Shown one piece after another: positions 45,665 to 55,542 of a stretch of DNA of 64,000 nucleotides (its first letter is position 1; each line of letters begins with the position of its first letter). Position numbers and translations under genes: made by a program. The notes below the pieces were generated by a model. The model searched no databases and was not told where the DNA came from. It saw only the letters and a program-made list of their open reading frames with translations. The stretch is from Escherichia phage A221. The stretch lies in the sequence record ON862890.1, one strand, 5' to 3'.

Positions 45665-46343
45665 TCATTATTCTCCAACCGAGACATGTTTTAGCCCTAC
45701 CTTTCAAGAGATTCGTTATATTACCAGAAGGGAGGCCATATTGAAGTTCCATATCGCATCTTCTTAACTCAACAATGCGATCATCTTTGTGCTGCCATTT
45801 GTAAATCGTTTCATCGCGGCCAGGACCAATGTCTATCAGGCCAAGAGCATGCAACTGTTTCCTTGTCTCACCTGCTCGCCTCTGGGCTTCTGAAGGTGGA
45901 GGTAATGGCTTCTTTATCACTCCCTCGGAAATCAGTTTCCTTCTGGTTTCACCACCCTTTCTTTGTGACTCAGCCGATATGCGGGGAGGTGGCTTGATCT
46001 TACCCTCAGCGATCAAACGTTTGCGGGTTGCAGCACTCTTTGCGGATGAATTAGGCGTGGCCAATGGAGGCTTCCCACCCCCGACGACCATGTTGTAGCA
46101 CCACCCAGAGTCAAGGATCTCCTGGCAGACCAGTTCAGACTCTATCTGAAGGATAACCGAATCTTTCCCTCGGAACAGAACTTCAAACTTGAACTGGTCT
46201 TCACCGTATTTCTTGAACGCTCGTTGTAATGCAATGCTCCCCTGACCACACTTATGCTCAGCCAACCGCCTATCCGGTTCTGAGGTGACACCGATATAGA
46301 ATTTATGATTGACGAGATTCGTGATCAGGTAAAGCGACAGCAT
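45657..46343 (-). CDS. GIY-YIG homing endonuclease (free-standing)
   Basis: LYLITNLVNHKFYIGVTSEPDRRLAEHK GIY-YIG motif; repeated Gly/Lys-rich NUMOD-like linkers. Confidence 0.8.
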   Translation of the reverse strand: MLSLYLITNLVNHKFYIGVTSEPDRRLAEHKCGQGSIALQRAFKKYGEDQFKFEVLFRGKDSVILQIESELVCQEILDSGWCYNMVVGGGKPPLATPNSSAKSAATRKRLIAEGKIKPPPRISAESQRKGGETRRKLISEGVIKKPLPPPSEAQRRAGETRKQLHALGLIDIGPGRDETIYKWQHKDDRIVELRRCDMELQYGLPSGNITNLLKGRAKTCLGWRIMNG

Positions 46344-46648
46344 TACACAGCATCCTCAATACGCCAGCTCACGCCGCCCAGCCAAGGTGCCCAGAACACA
46401 GCAACCTGTGGGCAGCCATTCTCTTCAAACTTAACTTTATACTGGTCGTCGAAGTTATAGAAGATTTCATCCGCTTCAGAGCGCTGGCCGATCTTCACCA
46501 GTACATCATGAAGAGCCTTGGCTGCACCGATAGGAGTTGGAGTCTCCTGCTGGCGAATGAAGTTGTTCACATGGTTAATCACGCTATCCATGTCGCTATC
46601 ACCGGAACGCTTGTCTGGGGTTTCCCCAAACTTGGATTGTTCTTGCAC
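46343..46648 (-). CDS. hypothetical protein
   Basis: 101 codons. Confidence 0.45.
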   Translation of the reverse strand: MQEQSKFGETPDKRSGDSDMDSVINHVNNFIRQQETPTPIGAAKALHDVLVKIGQRSEADEIFYNFDDQYKVKFEENGCPQVAVFWAPWLGGVSWRIEDAV

Positions 46649-46657
46649 GATGTCCTC

Positions 46658-47437
46658 CTATCGGACGTATTGATAATGACTAATCAGGCGGTTAACCACT
46701 TCAACAATATTGTAATTCAGGAAGTCGAAGTGATTCTGGCCTTCTACTGGTTTAATATAAAGCATGTCTTCCGAATTCGAAAGATCCAGTTTTTCATAAT
46801 TGCCCTGAGGAACAAAGATGACAAAGATGTTGTTCAGGCCGCACGGCTCGACATACTTCGGATTGTCATCAATCAGGACATCGCCAGCCAGCAGATGCTT
46901 TTCGTCGGTGCTGACAAATCCGTTGAAGATACCAGGGAACTTGTCGTAGACAAACTGGCGCTTGCTGCGCTCGTGTTCCGGCTCACACTTGGACACTGCG
47001 ATGAATTCAACATTGTCGAAATCTTCGAGCAAGATATCCTTCAGATTTACCAGGAACTCGTAAGCGCCGGGGAGCGGGTTCATCTTGGCGTACAAGTCAG
47101 GGCGACGCCACCAGTCCATAGGATCGTTACCGCTTGGCACACGTTGTTTGTGCATCCCCAATTGGACTTCATGGTATAGCCACGCCGGATGCGCACGTTC
47201 ACGCATCAGAATAGCCAGGTCGCCAGCATGGGACATATAACACTCTTTGGTAATCGGCTGGAACTGGTATGACTTATGTTCCCCCGTAGCGATAGCAGCG
47301 GCGGCGATGTTCTCTTCGTTAAACCACTGCACCCAAGGGGAGAGGCTGTCGACCAACGTCAGGTCAACATCCACGAGGACGCGATACAGGCCACCGACCT
47401 TTGATTTCATATCATAGATACAAACCAGGTTGTTCAT
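46658..47437 (-). CDS. HAD-family 5'(3')-deoxyribonucleotidase-like phosphatase
   Basis: HAD motif I VLVDVDLTLVD (DxDxT); C-terminal GDVLIDDNP like NT5C family. Confidence 0.5.
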   Translation of the reverse strand: MNNLVCIYDMKSKVGGLYRVLVDVDLTLVDSLSPWVQWFNEENIAAAAIATGEHKSYQFQPITKECYMSHAGDLAILMRERAHPAWLYHEVQLGMHKQRVPSGNDPMDWWRRPDLYAKMNPLPGAYEFLVNLKDILLEDFDNVEFIAVSKCEPEHERSKRQFVYDKFPGIFNGFVSTDEKHLLAGDVLIDDNPKYVEPCGLNNIFVIFVPQGNYEKLDLSNSEDMLYIKPVEGQNHFDFLNYNIVEVVNRLISHYQYVR

Positions 47438-47784
47438 TTGTCTTCCTCAACTTTATCGTAGCCTGTAGCAACACACTGTTCTTCGGTACAATCTGCATAC
47501 AGAACGACGGAGGCCTGCTTCACGTAGGTGATGCAGTGGTAAGTTTCGTCTTCCTGGATGGAATCGTCATAATTGCAGACAGTTTGGAGCGGACCCGGAG
47601 TAGTGTTGTCCAGTGCTGCATGCGCCTTGATGGTGTCTTCCATCTTGGACACGGCCTGCTCATTGGTGAACGTCGGCGCGTCAAGGTCTACAGTAGACGC
47701 AACGTCCAGAAGGGTGGAACACGCAGTGGTAGAGAAAGCCAGAGCGCACACCAGAAGAATCTTATTGAGTTTCATTTCAATCAC
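47434..47784 (-). CDS. secreted protein / lipoprotein candidate
   Basis: Signal peptide MKLNKILLVCALAFSTTAC with Cys after hydrophobic core. Confidence 0.45.
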   Translation of the reverse strand: MIEMKLNKILLVCALAFSTTACSTLLDVASTVDLDAPTFTNEQAVSKMEDTIKAHAALDNTTPGPLQTVCNYDDSIQEDETYHCITYVKQASVVLYADCTEEQCVATGYDKVEEDK

Positions 47785-47837
47785 CTGTTTGTCAAAGGGT
47801 TAACAGGGGGAATTATATCCCCCTTTGGTTTATTGAA

Positions 47838-49419
47838 TCAACCTTTCTTCTTTTGCATCATGGCAAGAAGGTTCACACGGCGCTTGTGTGACCAGCCGAC
47901 CACGTCGAGGATAGACTGAATCGGATCAATGAAGGACTTCTCAAAGGCCGCCTGATAATCCACCCATTTGCCCAGACCAAGTTCCTCGGGGAAGAACTCA
48001 GGATATGCAAAGTAGTTCTGCCCAAACGGGTTGCCCGGCTTCAACAACACCATCTGTACCTTATCACCCGACTCGATCATCGGTAGACCCAGATCTTCGT
48101 TCTTCTCAACCAGACGGTTGTAGCCCACACACGCCTTGGCAGCAAAATGAGCACCAGAGATGAACGATCCGTCAGCAGCCACACACTTCTCTACGTCGGA
48201 CACGCCTGACGCCTTGGCGATATCGTCTACAGAGAGTTTCATGTACTCCTCTTTGTACTGGGAGATGAGCGTCTGTACTTCCTCTTCGGTGCCGAGTAGG
48301 ATCTTCTCATAGCACTTGACAAGGCGCTCACGACACCATTCCGGCGTGGTGGACTTGCGGGCTTCCAGACCTTTGAACTTGATCTTCGGCTTCTCGTACT
48401 TGATACCCTCACTGTCGTACACGGCCATGGCATACATCTTCTTGGCTCGCCAGACAGCGGCTGACGCAATGACCTCACGCTCCCACACCATGCGCTGTTC
48501 AAATCCGTTCATGGTGTTACACAGAAGCTGTGCCCACTCATTGGTCTTCGGCTGGTAGTTGTCTTTGATCCATTGGTCGATATTATCAACCATAGCATGA
48601 TGGTCAGTAACATCAGACCACAACTGCTTGACAAGACGCTCAATGCAGATGTAGTTGGAGTCGGTATCCCCTGCGATGACGAAGTCCTGGCCTGTTGTAC
48701 CACACAGCTTGTTCAGATAGTCATCAGTGTAACGCTTGTTCCACTTGTTGATCAGCTGACCGGATGTGGTGATGGCTTCGGCAATGTTGAGGTTGAAGTA
48801 CTCTTTGAACCAGACGTTCGAGATAGCGCCATAACCTGCGTTCATCAAGATCTTCAGACCTTGCTGTAGGGTATCTTGAGCGACGCCCAGGTCTTCCCAC
48901 TTCTTCATCACTTCGGTCAGGGCATCAAGATCAATGTTCTTGTGCTCTTCATACCACTCTGGGTCATAGTAGCGAGACTTCATGGCAGACTCAAGATGGA
49001 AGTCGCCCTTCGACATCTCTTTACACCAGCCAGCCCACTGCTCATACTTCAGACCCTTGGCCTTCTCTACTTTACGGTCGCTGTAGATACCACGCATGAT
49101 TTCAGACAGGAACGACATCTTCTCGTTGCTGAAGAATTGAACGTTCGGCGTGAACGACACGTTGTAGCGGCGCAGGGTTTCAAAGTGGAACTCACCCAGG
49201 GCAACCAACTCATCAACAACCTGCAGGCGTTCGTCAACCGCACGCAACAGCTTGTCGTGAAGGGCTTTCATCAACCGACGTTTGTGCATCGGCGTTGCCA
49301 TGTTATTCATCTGAGCAGCCAGCTCTTCACACATAGCCTCAATAATCTCGCGGCGCTGGTGTTTGTCGCCAACGATAGTCTCTGGACCGAGGTTGTATTG
49401 CTGAATGATGTGTGGATAT
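47838..49419 (-). CDS. 43: DNA polymerase (family B) exon 2
   Basis: Begins inside motif A (YPHIIQQYNLGPETI); KILMNAGYGAISN and VIAGDTDS (motif C); track ORF 47838-49466 includes 47 nt of intron. Confidence 0.85.
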
Positions 49420-49884
49420 CGCTTATGTTCAGGGATGCTCGCTATTTCATCCCCCGTGTTCGTCATTCAGTTTACCGAACACTGCTGTATGTCACCATAC
49501 AGGCCAGACTATATCACAATCTCCAGAACTGTCTAGAGATTCTCTCCATTTCGAGGCGCTTGCCCCTACTCTACTCGCTTCAGATCAGACGCTTAGTCGT
49601 CGGTCTTGCTTTCGATAGTCGTTGAACCTTGTCACCCACTACTTCAAGGAAATCATCTGGGTTTAACCCAGCGTAACCAAAGAGTCGTTTGAAGTTTCTT
49701 GCCAACTTGCCCCACTCATTCTGGCAAACATTTCCTTCATGACCTTACTCCTTCACCGAGGTTACAGAGTATTTAGATCTTCGTGGCCGACCTTGGCTGC
49801 TGATTATCTCTAAAGAGACTTCCCAGCAATTAAGAGAGTTATTCGATGGTTGTCGCCAACCAAAGCCCCTATGCTGCTAACTTA
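49420..49884 (-). ncRNA. group I self-splicing intron (no ORF) in DNA polymerase gene
   Basis: On minus strand: P-like AATTGCTGGGAAG, Q-like AATCAGCAGCC, R-like GGTTCAACGACTA, S-like GATATAGTC (P7 GACTA/TAGTC); exon 1 ends in U, intron ends in G; splice restores DLNSLYPHII. Confidence 0.75.
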
Positions 49885-51302
49885 AGGGAGTTCAAATCTT
49901 CCGAGAAGACCCAGAAGTAGATTCCTGGTGTCACATCCATGACGTATGCACCCTCAAAGTCGGTCGGACCATCGTATACACGCTGGATCTTAGGCACTAT
50001 CCCCTTCTCGTACAGGCGATAGTAGCACATGGCCAGCCACGGAGCCACAGTGCCCAGACCGTCTTCATAGTTGGACTTGGTGCGGTAGGCCAGGACGAAC
50101 ATCAGTTGGAGCAGGCGCAGCTTCTGTTCAAGTCGCCATACCAGCTTAACGTCTTTGATACCATATCGGGTGTGTTTGCAGTAGTCGTTGAAGTACAGAT
50201 CAAAGAGCGACTTGCTCTCACTGTAGTCCATCTTCTTCTCACCCAGCTCACAATACGCAATCCAGTCAAGAGAGTAGCGTTCACGGGTGGTGTACGTGTG
50301 TTTCTTGTAGATCTGCATATAATCGAGCATAGGGCAACCCACGAACTGATACGTCGTGATATCGCCCTTCTTATCGCGAATGATACGCTTCTTAATGATA
50401 CCCCAAGGACTGAGGCGCGACGTTTCAGCCTCACCCAGAACCTGATTCATGCGCTCAACAAGATACGGGCTATCGAACGTTTCAATGTTCCAGCCTGTCC
50501 AGCCATCAAACTGACGCTGTGACCAGAAGTCTAGGAACGAGCGCAGCAGATCTTGTTCGGTGGTGAACTCCTGATAAACAACCTCAAGGCCGCCGATCTC
50601 TTTGTCTTCGGTGTCGTATGCGAATTTGTTACGATCTTTGGCACAGGGCATACCCCAGACCATGAACTTATTGGTCGCCATATCCTGAAGCTGGATCAGG
50701 GTAATGGGGAACGCCGCATTCATGTCTTGGGTGATCTTGCCGTTGCTGTCAATGATAGGGAACTGATCAGTGACGTTGTTGCTGATGAAAGAACCAGGGA
50801 AGTGCTCACGGACAAATTCATGGTTGGCCAGCACTTGTTTATGGAAGCGGCGAATGCGCGCCTCATTCCCTTTGAACGTCTGCTGCTCAATGGTTGGGTG
50901 AGGGAATGGACCTTTGGTCATCTTTCCGTCTTTCCACCCGGCGGAGAACACTTCGATATCGAGGTTAGCAATATGGATGTTGGAATAATCCGGCTCAATC
51001 TTTCCAGGAAAGCTATGGGCGATGAACTGGTATGCATAATCGGTCTGTCCGTAAATGGCAGCACCCTGGACTTCCTTGTACTCTTCAAGATAGTTGTCAG
51101 CGTCACGCATGGAAGGGAACTGCTTGGCTACCAGGGGTTCATTGAGAAGACCGACCTTTTCAACATTTGAATAGTCAGCCGTGGGTAAATAGAGAGTGGG
51201 TTCGAATTTCTTTTTCAACAGACGGCGATTACCCATGTCATCTGCAATTCGAATCAACAGGTCATTGCCCCTTCGGGCAACGTTCGTATAGAAAACGGTC
51301 AT
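49885..51302 (-). CDS. 43: DNA polymerase (family B) exon 1
   Basis: N-terminus aligns to T4 gp43 (MTVFYTNV..); Exo I ANLDIEV, Exo II WNIETFDSPY; ends in motif A DLNSL. Confidence 0.85.
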
Positions 51303-51381
51303 GTAATTCTCCAGGTTATCCGTGCCGTTAGCACGTGGGCATATTTAACCATAGAGCCATTCATTGACCAAGGAGTTTATT

Positions 51382-51954
51382 ATGGCAATCCCCCTCGTTG
51401 GTATGATCCCAGGGGCGCTCAAGCAACTCTGGAACCTCGGGACTGATTTGATCCAATATAAGCGGGAAGTTGTACAGGCCAAACACGACGTCAAGCTGGA
51501 GGCCATCAAGTCCTCCTCAGATTGGGAGCTGTCTAAGATTACCGAAGTCGGCGGGTCTTGGAAAGACGAATTCTGGACTATCGTGTTGGCCATACCCGCC
51601 ATCCTCGTCATGACTGCTCCGGTTGTGGAACTGATTCTGTTCCCTGGTGAGTATCATAAAGGGGATTTCATCAAAGCAGTAATCGGTGGCCTTCAGGCAC
51701 TAGATACCGCACCTGAATGGTATACCTATTCGTTATTGACAGCAATTAGTGCATCATTCGGTATCAAAGGCTACAACCACTACAAAAGCAACAGGCGAAA
51801 AGCCCAAGCTATGGATGCTCTCAAGCAATTTGGGGTTCGGGTCGTACAGAAAGATCCCACTGTTGTTACTCAGTCGGGTTCTCCCGATCTTGAGTCTGCT
51901 CCCCCAGCTGGGTCTACTGCGACCTCTGGTGCGTGGCCTGATCTGAAGAAATAA
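51382..51954 (+). CDS. membrane protein (holin-like candidate)
   Basis: Start at ATG 51382 with AAGGAG RBS; TM FWTIVLAIPAILVMTAPVV. Confidence 0.4.
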   Translation: MAIPLVGMIPGALKQLWNLGTDLIQYKREVVQAKHDVKLEAIKSSSDWELSKITEVGGSWKDEFWTIVLAIPAILVMTAPVVELILFPGEYHKGDFIKAVIGGLQALDTAPEWYTYSLLTAISASFGIKGYNHYKSNRRKAQAMDALKQFGVRVVQKDPTVVTQSGSPDLESAPPAGSTATSGAWPDLKK

Positions 51955-51996
51955 GTTCAAGGGGAGGAAACTCCCCTTTCTTTTGGTGTTTAGGGA

Positions 51997-52209
51997 ATGA
52001 ATGTGGTAAACAAGAGATTGCTCGTCACCCAAGGCGGGGCGACGATAGTGCGCGGAAGGATCTATGAACAAACACAGCTGGGTGATCACAAGACACGCCT
52101 GACTATTAAGGCTCCCGATGGTGGTTGGCCAACAAAGGTGATTGTCCCAGACGGTCTCATAGAACGAGGGTCGGCGGTGTATAAAGGAGCGGAGTTCAAA
52201 ATTTATTAA
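51997..52209 (+). CDS. hypothetical small protein
   Basis: 70 codons. Confidence 0.4.
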   Translation: MNVVNKRLLVTQGGATIVRGRIYEQTQLGDHKTRLTIKAPDGGWPTKVIVPDGLIERGSAVYKGAEFKIY

Positions 52210-52226
52210 AATATTTATTGAATAAA

Positions 52227-52255
52227 GTTTACTTCTTCAATAACTGGCGTATACT
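52227..52255 (+). promoter_or_regulatory. sigma70-like promoter candidate GTTTACT-N16-TATACT
   Basis: Resembles early promoter at 652-680; 50 nt upstream of ATG 52305. Confidence 0.35.
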
Positions 52256-52304
52256 TCTAATTGTAGTACGAACAAACAACAATCTGAAGAGAAGGAAATA
52301 CATC

Positions 52305-52613
52305 ATGGCAATCACAAAAGAACAATTTGAAGCACAACTGGCTAAATCTAACAAAGAAACCGTTGTTGCTACCTTTAAGTTCCACGCAGTGAGAAACGCA
52401 GAAGCACTTATGATTGCCCAGTCTTGTACTCCAGACTCAACTTTCAACTCTGTCGTCTCTTCGGCTTTGTTTGACAACCCAGCGTGTGGGCTGGTTCCGG
52501 CTTCCTTCCTGAAAGCCCTACACAAAGCATTCAACGATTTTATGGTGGTTGACGCGGTTGAAGAAGTTTGCTCCCGCTTGACATTCAAAGATTCTAAATT
52601 CATCTTTGTCTAA
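52305..52613 (+). CDS. hypothetical protein
   Basis: Start at ATG 52305 with GAAGGAAA RBS. Confidence 0.5.
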   Translation: MAITKEQFEAQLAKSNKETVVATFKFHAVRNAEALMIAQSCTPDSTFNSVVSSALFDNPACGLVPASFLKALHKAFNDFMVVDAVEEVCSRLTFKDSKFIFV

Positions 52614-52617
52614 TTAC

Positions 52618-52641
52618 AAAGCCCCTCCGGGGGCTTACTTT
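52618..52641 (+). terminator. rho-independent terminator
   Basis: GCCCC-tccg-GGGGC followed by TTACTTT, 8 nt after stop. Confidence 0.55.
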
Positions 52642-52659
52642 GAACTGAAGGGCTATATC

Positions 52660-53211
52660 ATGACAATACCAAAAACTGCTGTCCGTATCGCTGTTGAGCC
52701 TCTGTTATCACAGGCTGAAGAAGCTGCCGAGCAGTACGCGAACAAAATCATCAAGAACGTGATGGACGACCTGGCCGCCAACGGCTGGGATCTTCAGAAG
52801 TGCGCCCCTTGGCCGTCAACTGTCGGCGTCCGGATGGGTCACCACGATTACCACCGCATGAAGGCAAAACAGTCCTTGTATATGAGCCTGACTACCGACA
52901 ATAACCCGCCAAACCGCTCTTATCAGGTCGGTGCGCCGAACATCGTCAAGGCCGATCCAGAGCGCCAACGTCTGTTCATCAAGGAAGCCCGTCGCAACGC
53001 TGCCTATCAGTATGAGTCTTTCATCTGTAAACTGGAAGACAAGATTGGCGGTCATAGCGCGGCTGTCCTCGACGGTTCCCACATTTGGGGACATTCAATC
53101 CTGACCGTGACTACTCCGGAAGGGGTTCAGCGCTGGAAGACTCAGACGATCATCAATGTGTCTAAGCTGGGCAAACTCTTTAACCAATATCCAACTCGCA
53201 AGGTGAAATAA
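52660..53211 (+). CDS. hypothetical protein
   Basis: Start at ATG 52660 after terminator, GAAGGG RBS. Confidence 0.5.
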   Translation: MTIPKTAVRIAVEPLLSQAEEAAEQYANKIIKNVMDDLAANGWDLQKCAPWPSTVGVRMGHHDYHRMKAKQSLYMSLTTDNNPPNRSYQVGAPNIVKADPERQRLFIKEARRNAAYQYESFICKLEDKIGGHSAAVLDGSHIWGHSILTVTTPEGVQRWKTQTIINVSKLGKLFNQYPTRKVK

Positions 53212-53570
53212 TGGAAAACAAAATCAAATTGACCTGGCGCGTCGCCCCTGAACCAACGGGGCGCTATCGCTCCTTTGAGCGCCGCGCATGGCCGTCAGCC
53301 GAGTACAAGAACGGCGCTTGTGCGGCCTATATGTCTCACGAAGAAAGCTATGAACCATCTGTTCACCGAAACGCGACTGATCTCGTCATTAAACTTCACA
53401 TCGCCAAATGGGATCAGAAAGAAGACGGGCGCTGGGGATTCAAATGGCGTGTGTTGAACAAGCGCGCTTCTTCCATTGCAGAAGCCAAACAAATCGTGGA
53501 AGAGTTCCTGAATGGTCAGGCGAAGAACTCTGTGGTGCACCCGGACTACCGTGGAGGGGAAGTGAAATGA
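53211..53570 (+). CDS. hypothetical protein
   Basis: TAATG-coupled; 119 codons. Confidence 0.5.
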   Translation: MENKIKLTWRVAPEPTGRYRSFERRAWPSAEYKNGACAAYMSHEESYEPSVHRNATDLVIKLHIAKWDQKEDGRWGFKWRVLNKRASSIAEAKQIVEEFLNGQAKNSVVHPDYRGGEVK

Positions 53571-53571
53571 A

Positions 53572-53595
53572 GAAAGGGGCTTAATGCCCCTTTTG
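53572..53595. terminator. bidirectional rho-independent terminator between convergent genes
   Basis: AAAGGGGC-ttaat-GCCCCTTTT between stops at 53570 (+) and 53596 (-). Confidence 0.6.
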
Positions 53596-54054
53596 TTATT
53601 CTTCCCAGAAGTCTTCGTCGTCCCCGACAGCAGCCAGTTCCGTGTCCAGTTCTTCATCGGTAAACGGTGGCAGCACCCCATTCTGGATCAGATAATCCAT
53701 CTCATCGTCTTCCAGCTGCAGGTCAGTGGCAATATACAGCGCTCCACTGCCCTCTTCGTCCGTCTCGATGCTATACGAAGTGTATGGCACCCCATTCACC
53801 GTGATAATGATAGACGTTGGATCCTCGGGATCTACGTGAGCCTCGAACGGTACGCCGTCAATCGGTGCATCTTCCAGGAAGGTGGCAAGGGCTACGGCGG
53901 CGCGGACAACATCAGTGCCTTCAACGCCTGCATAGATCTCTTCCGCGCCCGTCTCTTCACGATCAAACAGCTCAATCGTGATACCGTCTTGAACACCAGT
54001 CCATACAGGGATGTCATTGGTGTATTCTGATTCAAACAATTTGGAGGTTGGCAT
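53596..54054 (-). CDS. acidic hypothetical protein
   Basis: 152 codons, Asp/Glu-rich. Confidence 0.45.
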   Translation of the reverse strand: MPTSKLFESEYTNDIPVWTGVQDGITIELFDREETGAEEIYAGVEGTDVVRAAVALATFLEDAPIDGVPFEAHVDPEDPTSIIITVNGVPYTSYSIETDEEGSGALYIATDLQLEDDEMDYLIQNGVLPPFTDEELDTELAAVGDDEDFWEE

Positions 54055-54198
54055 GTTGGGTTCCTCAGTGGGTTAGCCATATGGGGTATTTAGGCTTCCC
54101 GCTTGGCGAGGCCTGGTTTGTACAGGACGCCTCTCGGAAATATTGGAGGAAGGTTTTCATAGATACCCCACACGGATTGTATGGGGTATTCAAGAGGG

Positions 54199-55473
54199 TC
54201 AGGAAGGGGTGAAGTCGTTTACAGGAACTGTTTCAGGGATAGCCAGCTCAGGGCATGCTGCCTTCATCGGCTCTATGTATGGCTTGCTACCCACAATCCA
54301 GAACAGAGTGTTCTCATTGAGCACCTCTGGCTTGTTCTGCTGGATCCAGGTCATGACCTTGCCTTCATAGCGAGGATGCAATTCGATATCACCCCACTGA
54401 TATTCCATCAGGTCATTGTAACGAACCCAATTAGTGGTGTGAAGATCCCAATGGTGTACCTCAAAGCGAGGAAGCACGACCTCTGGCTCTTCCTTCTGCC
54501 TGATACCACTTAGGAGGCCAGCCAGAGAAACGCTCTTAGAGGCATGCTGAAGCTCCTTCTTGCCGTGTACATAGTCTGGGTTGTCGTGATAGCGACGGGT
54601 GAAGTCGACAATGTGCGGTAGATTGGCATGTTTGCCGATGATACGCAGACGGCTCTCAATGAAGCCCAGGCGGTTCGGACCGATGCCAATCAGATACACA
54701 CGCTTCAGATTAGGCTTCGGATGCATTGCCAGCCCGGTCAGAATGCTTGTGCAAGAGTTGCACGATCCGGCTGGGATAATCAGATCGGTAATATGGTCAG
54801 GGATGTTGGCAACCTGCTCGCCACCCAGCATATGGAAGCCAGCGATGCGCTCAGGAGAATGCGCTGTATGGTCGAGGGTGATACCATATTCCAGATAATA
54901 CGCCTTTGGATTCTGTTGTTCGATCAACTTCTTACAGCGCGGCTGGATCGTGCTGTTGTAACCCGAGCCGACGAAGTTGAACTCACTACCAAACCAGGCT
55001 GACATTGCCACCATGTCGTGGTTCATACAGGTGGTGGGTTTGGTCGCTCCGAGTACAGTGGTTGTCTTGCCGCCGAAGTGCCGAGAGACTGCCGTCGCCA
55101 TAGGGGACTGCGGACTACCAACGACAGTACCATGGATGATGTCAGGGGAGCCTCCGGTCTTCAGGTGCTCAACCATCAACCAGATGGCCTGGCGCAACTT
55201 ACTGCCATTGATGCCCTGCTTGCCATTCATATAACAAGATAGCGGCGCGAAGTAATCTTCACGCTTGAACCAGACCTGCTGGTTAGTTTCGGGGTTGGCG
55301 ACGAGTTCACACGGAGTGTGTTTGTAGAGGTAGTCTTCCCAGTGAATATGTTCACGATGAAGAGAGAGGACATCAAAAATCGTTTTGTATGGACCTTTCC
55401 CTAACGTGTGGAACGGGATATACGTGCGGAACGGGATATATGGAGCGAGGGGTTGTGCAGCGAATTTGTTCAT
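54199..55473 (-). CDS. PLP-dependent enzyme, tryptophan-synthase-beta-like fold (candidate modification enzyme)
   Basis: GINGSKLRQAIWLM resembles fold-type-II PLP Lys motif; later Gly/Ser-rich loop IPAGSCNSCTS; AGGAGA RBS. Confidence 0.45.
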   Translation of the reverse strand: MNKFAAQPLAPYIPFRTYIPFHTLGKGPYKTIFDVLSLHREHIHWEDYLYKHTPCELVANPETNQQVWFKREDYFAPLSCYMNGKQGINGSKLRQAIWLMVEHLKTGGSPDIIHGTVVGSPQSPMATAVSRHFGGKTTTVLGATKPTTCMNHDMVAMSAWFGSEFNFVGSGYNSTIQPRCKKLIEQQNPKAYYLEYGITLDHTAHSPERIAGFHMLGGEQVANIPDHITDLIIPAGSCNSCTSILTGLAMHPKPNLKRVYLIGIGPNRLGFIESRLRIIGKHANLPHIVDFTRRYHDNPDYVHGKKELQHASKSVSLAGLLSGIRQKEEPEVVLPRFEVHHWDLHTTNWVRYNDLMEYQWGDIELHPRYEGKVMTWIQQNKPEVLNENTLFWIVGSKPYIEPMKAACPELAIPETVPVNDFTPS

Positions 55474-55542
55474 TCTATTTCTCCTGTAGACATTGGCTTA
55501 TCATAGCGTATCTACAGGAGTATAGAAAAGGAGAATCTCGGC

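Noticed and set aside
47838-51302. Alternative readings of the split polymerase: intein, or two-subunit polymerase
   Set aside because: No intein blocks and the interruption contains stops in the polymerase frame; split-subunit model not excluded, but intron elements and exact in-frame restoration of motif A favour an intron.
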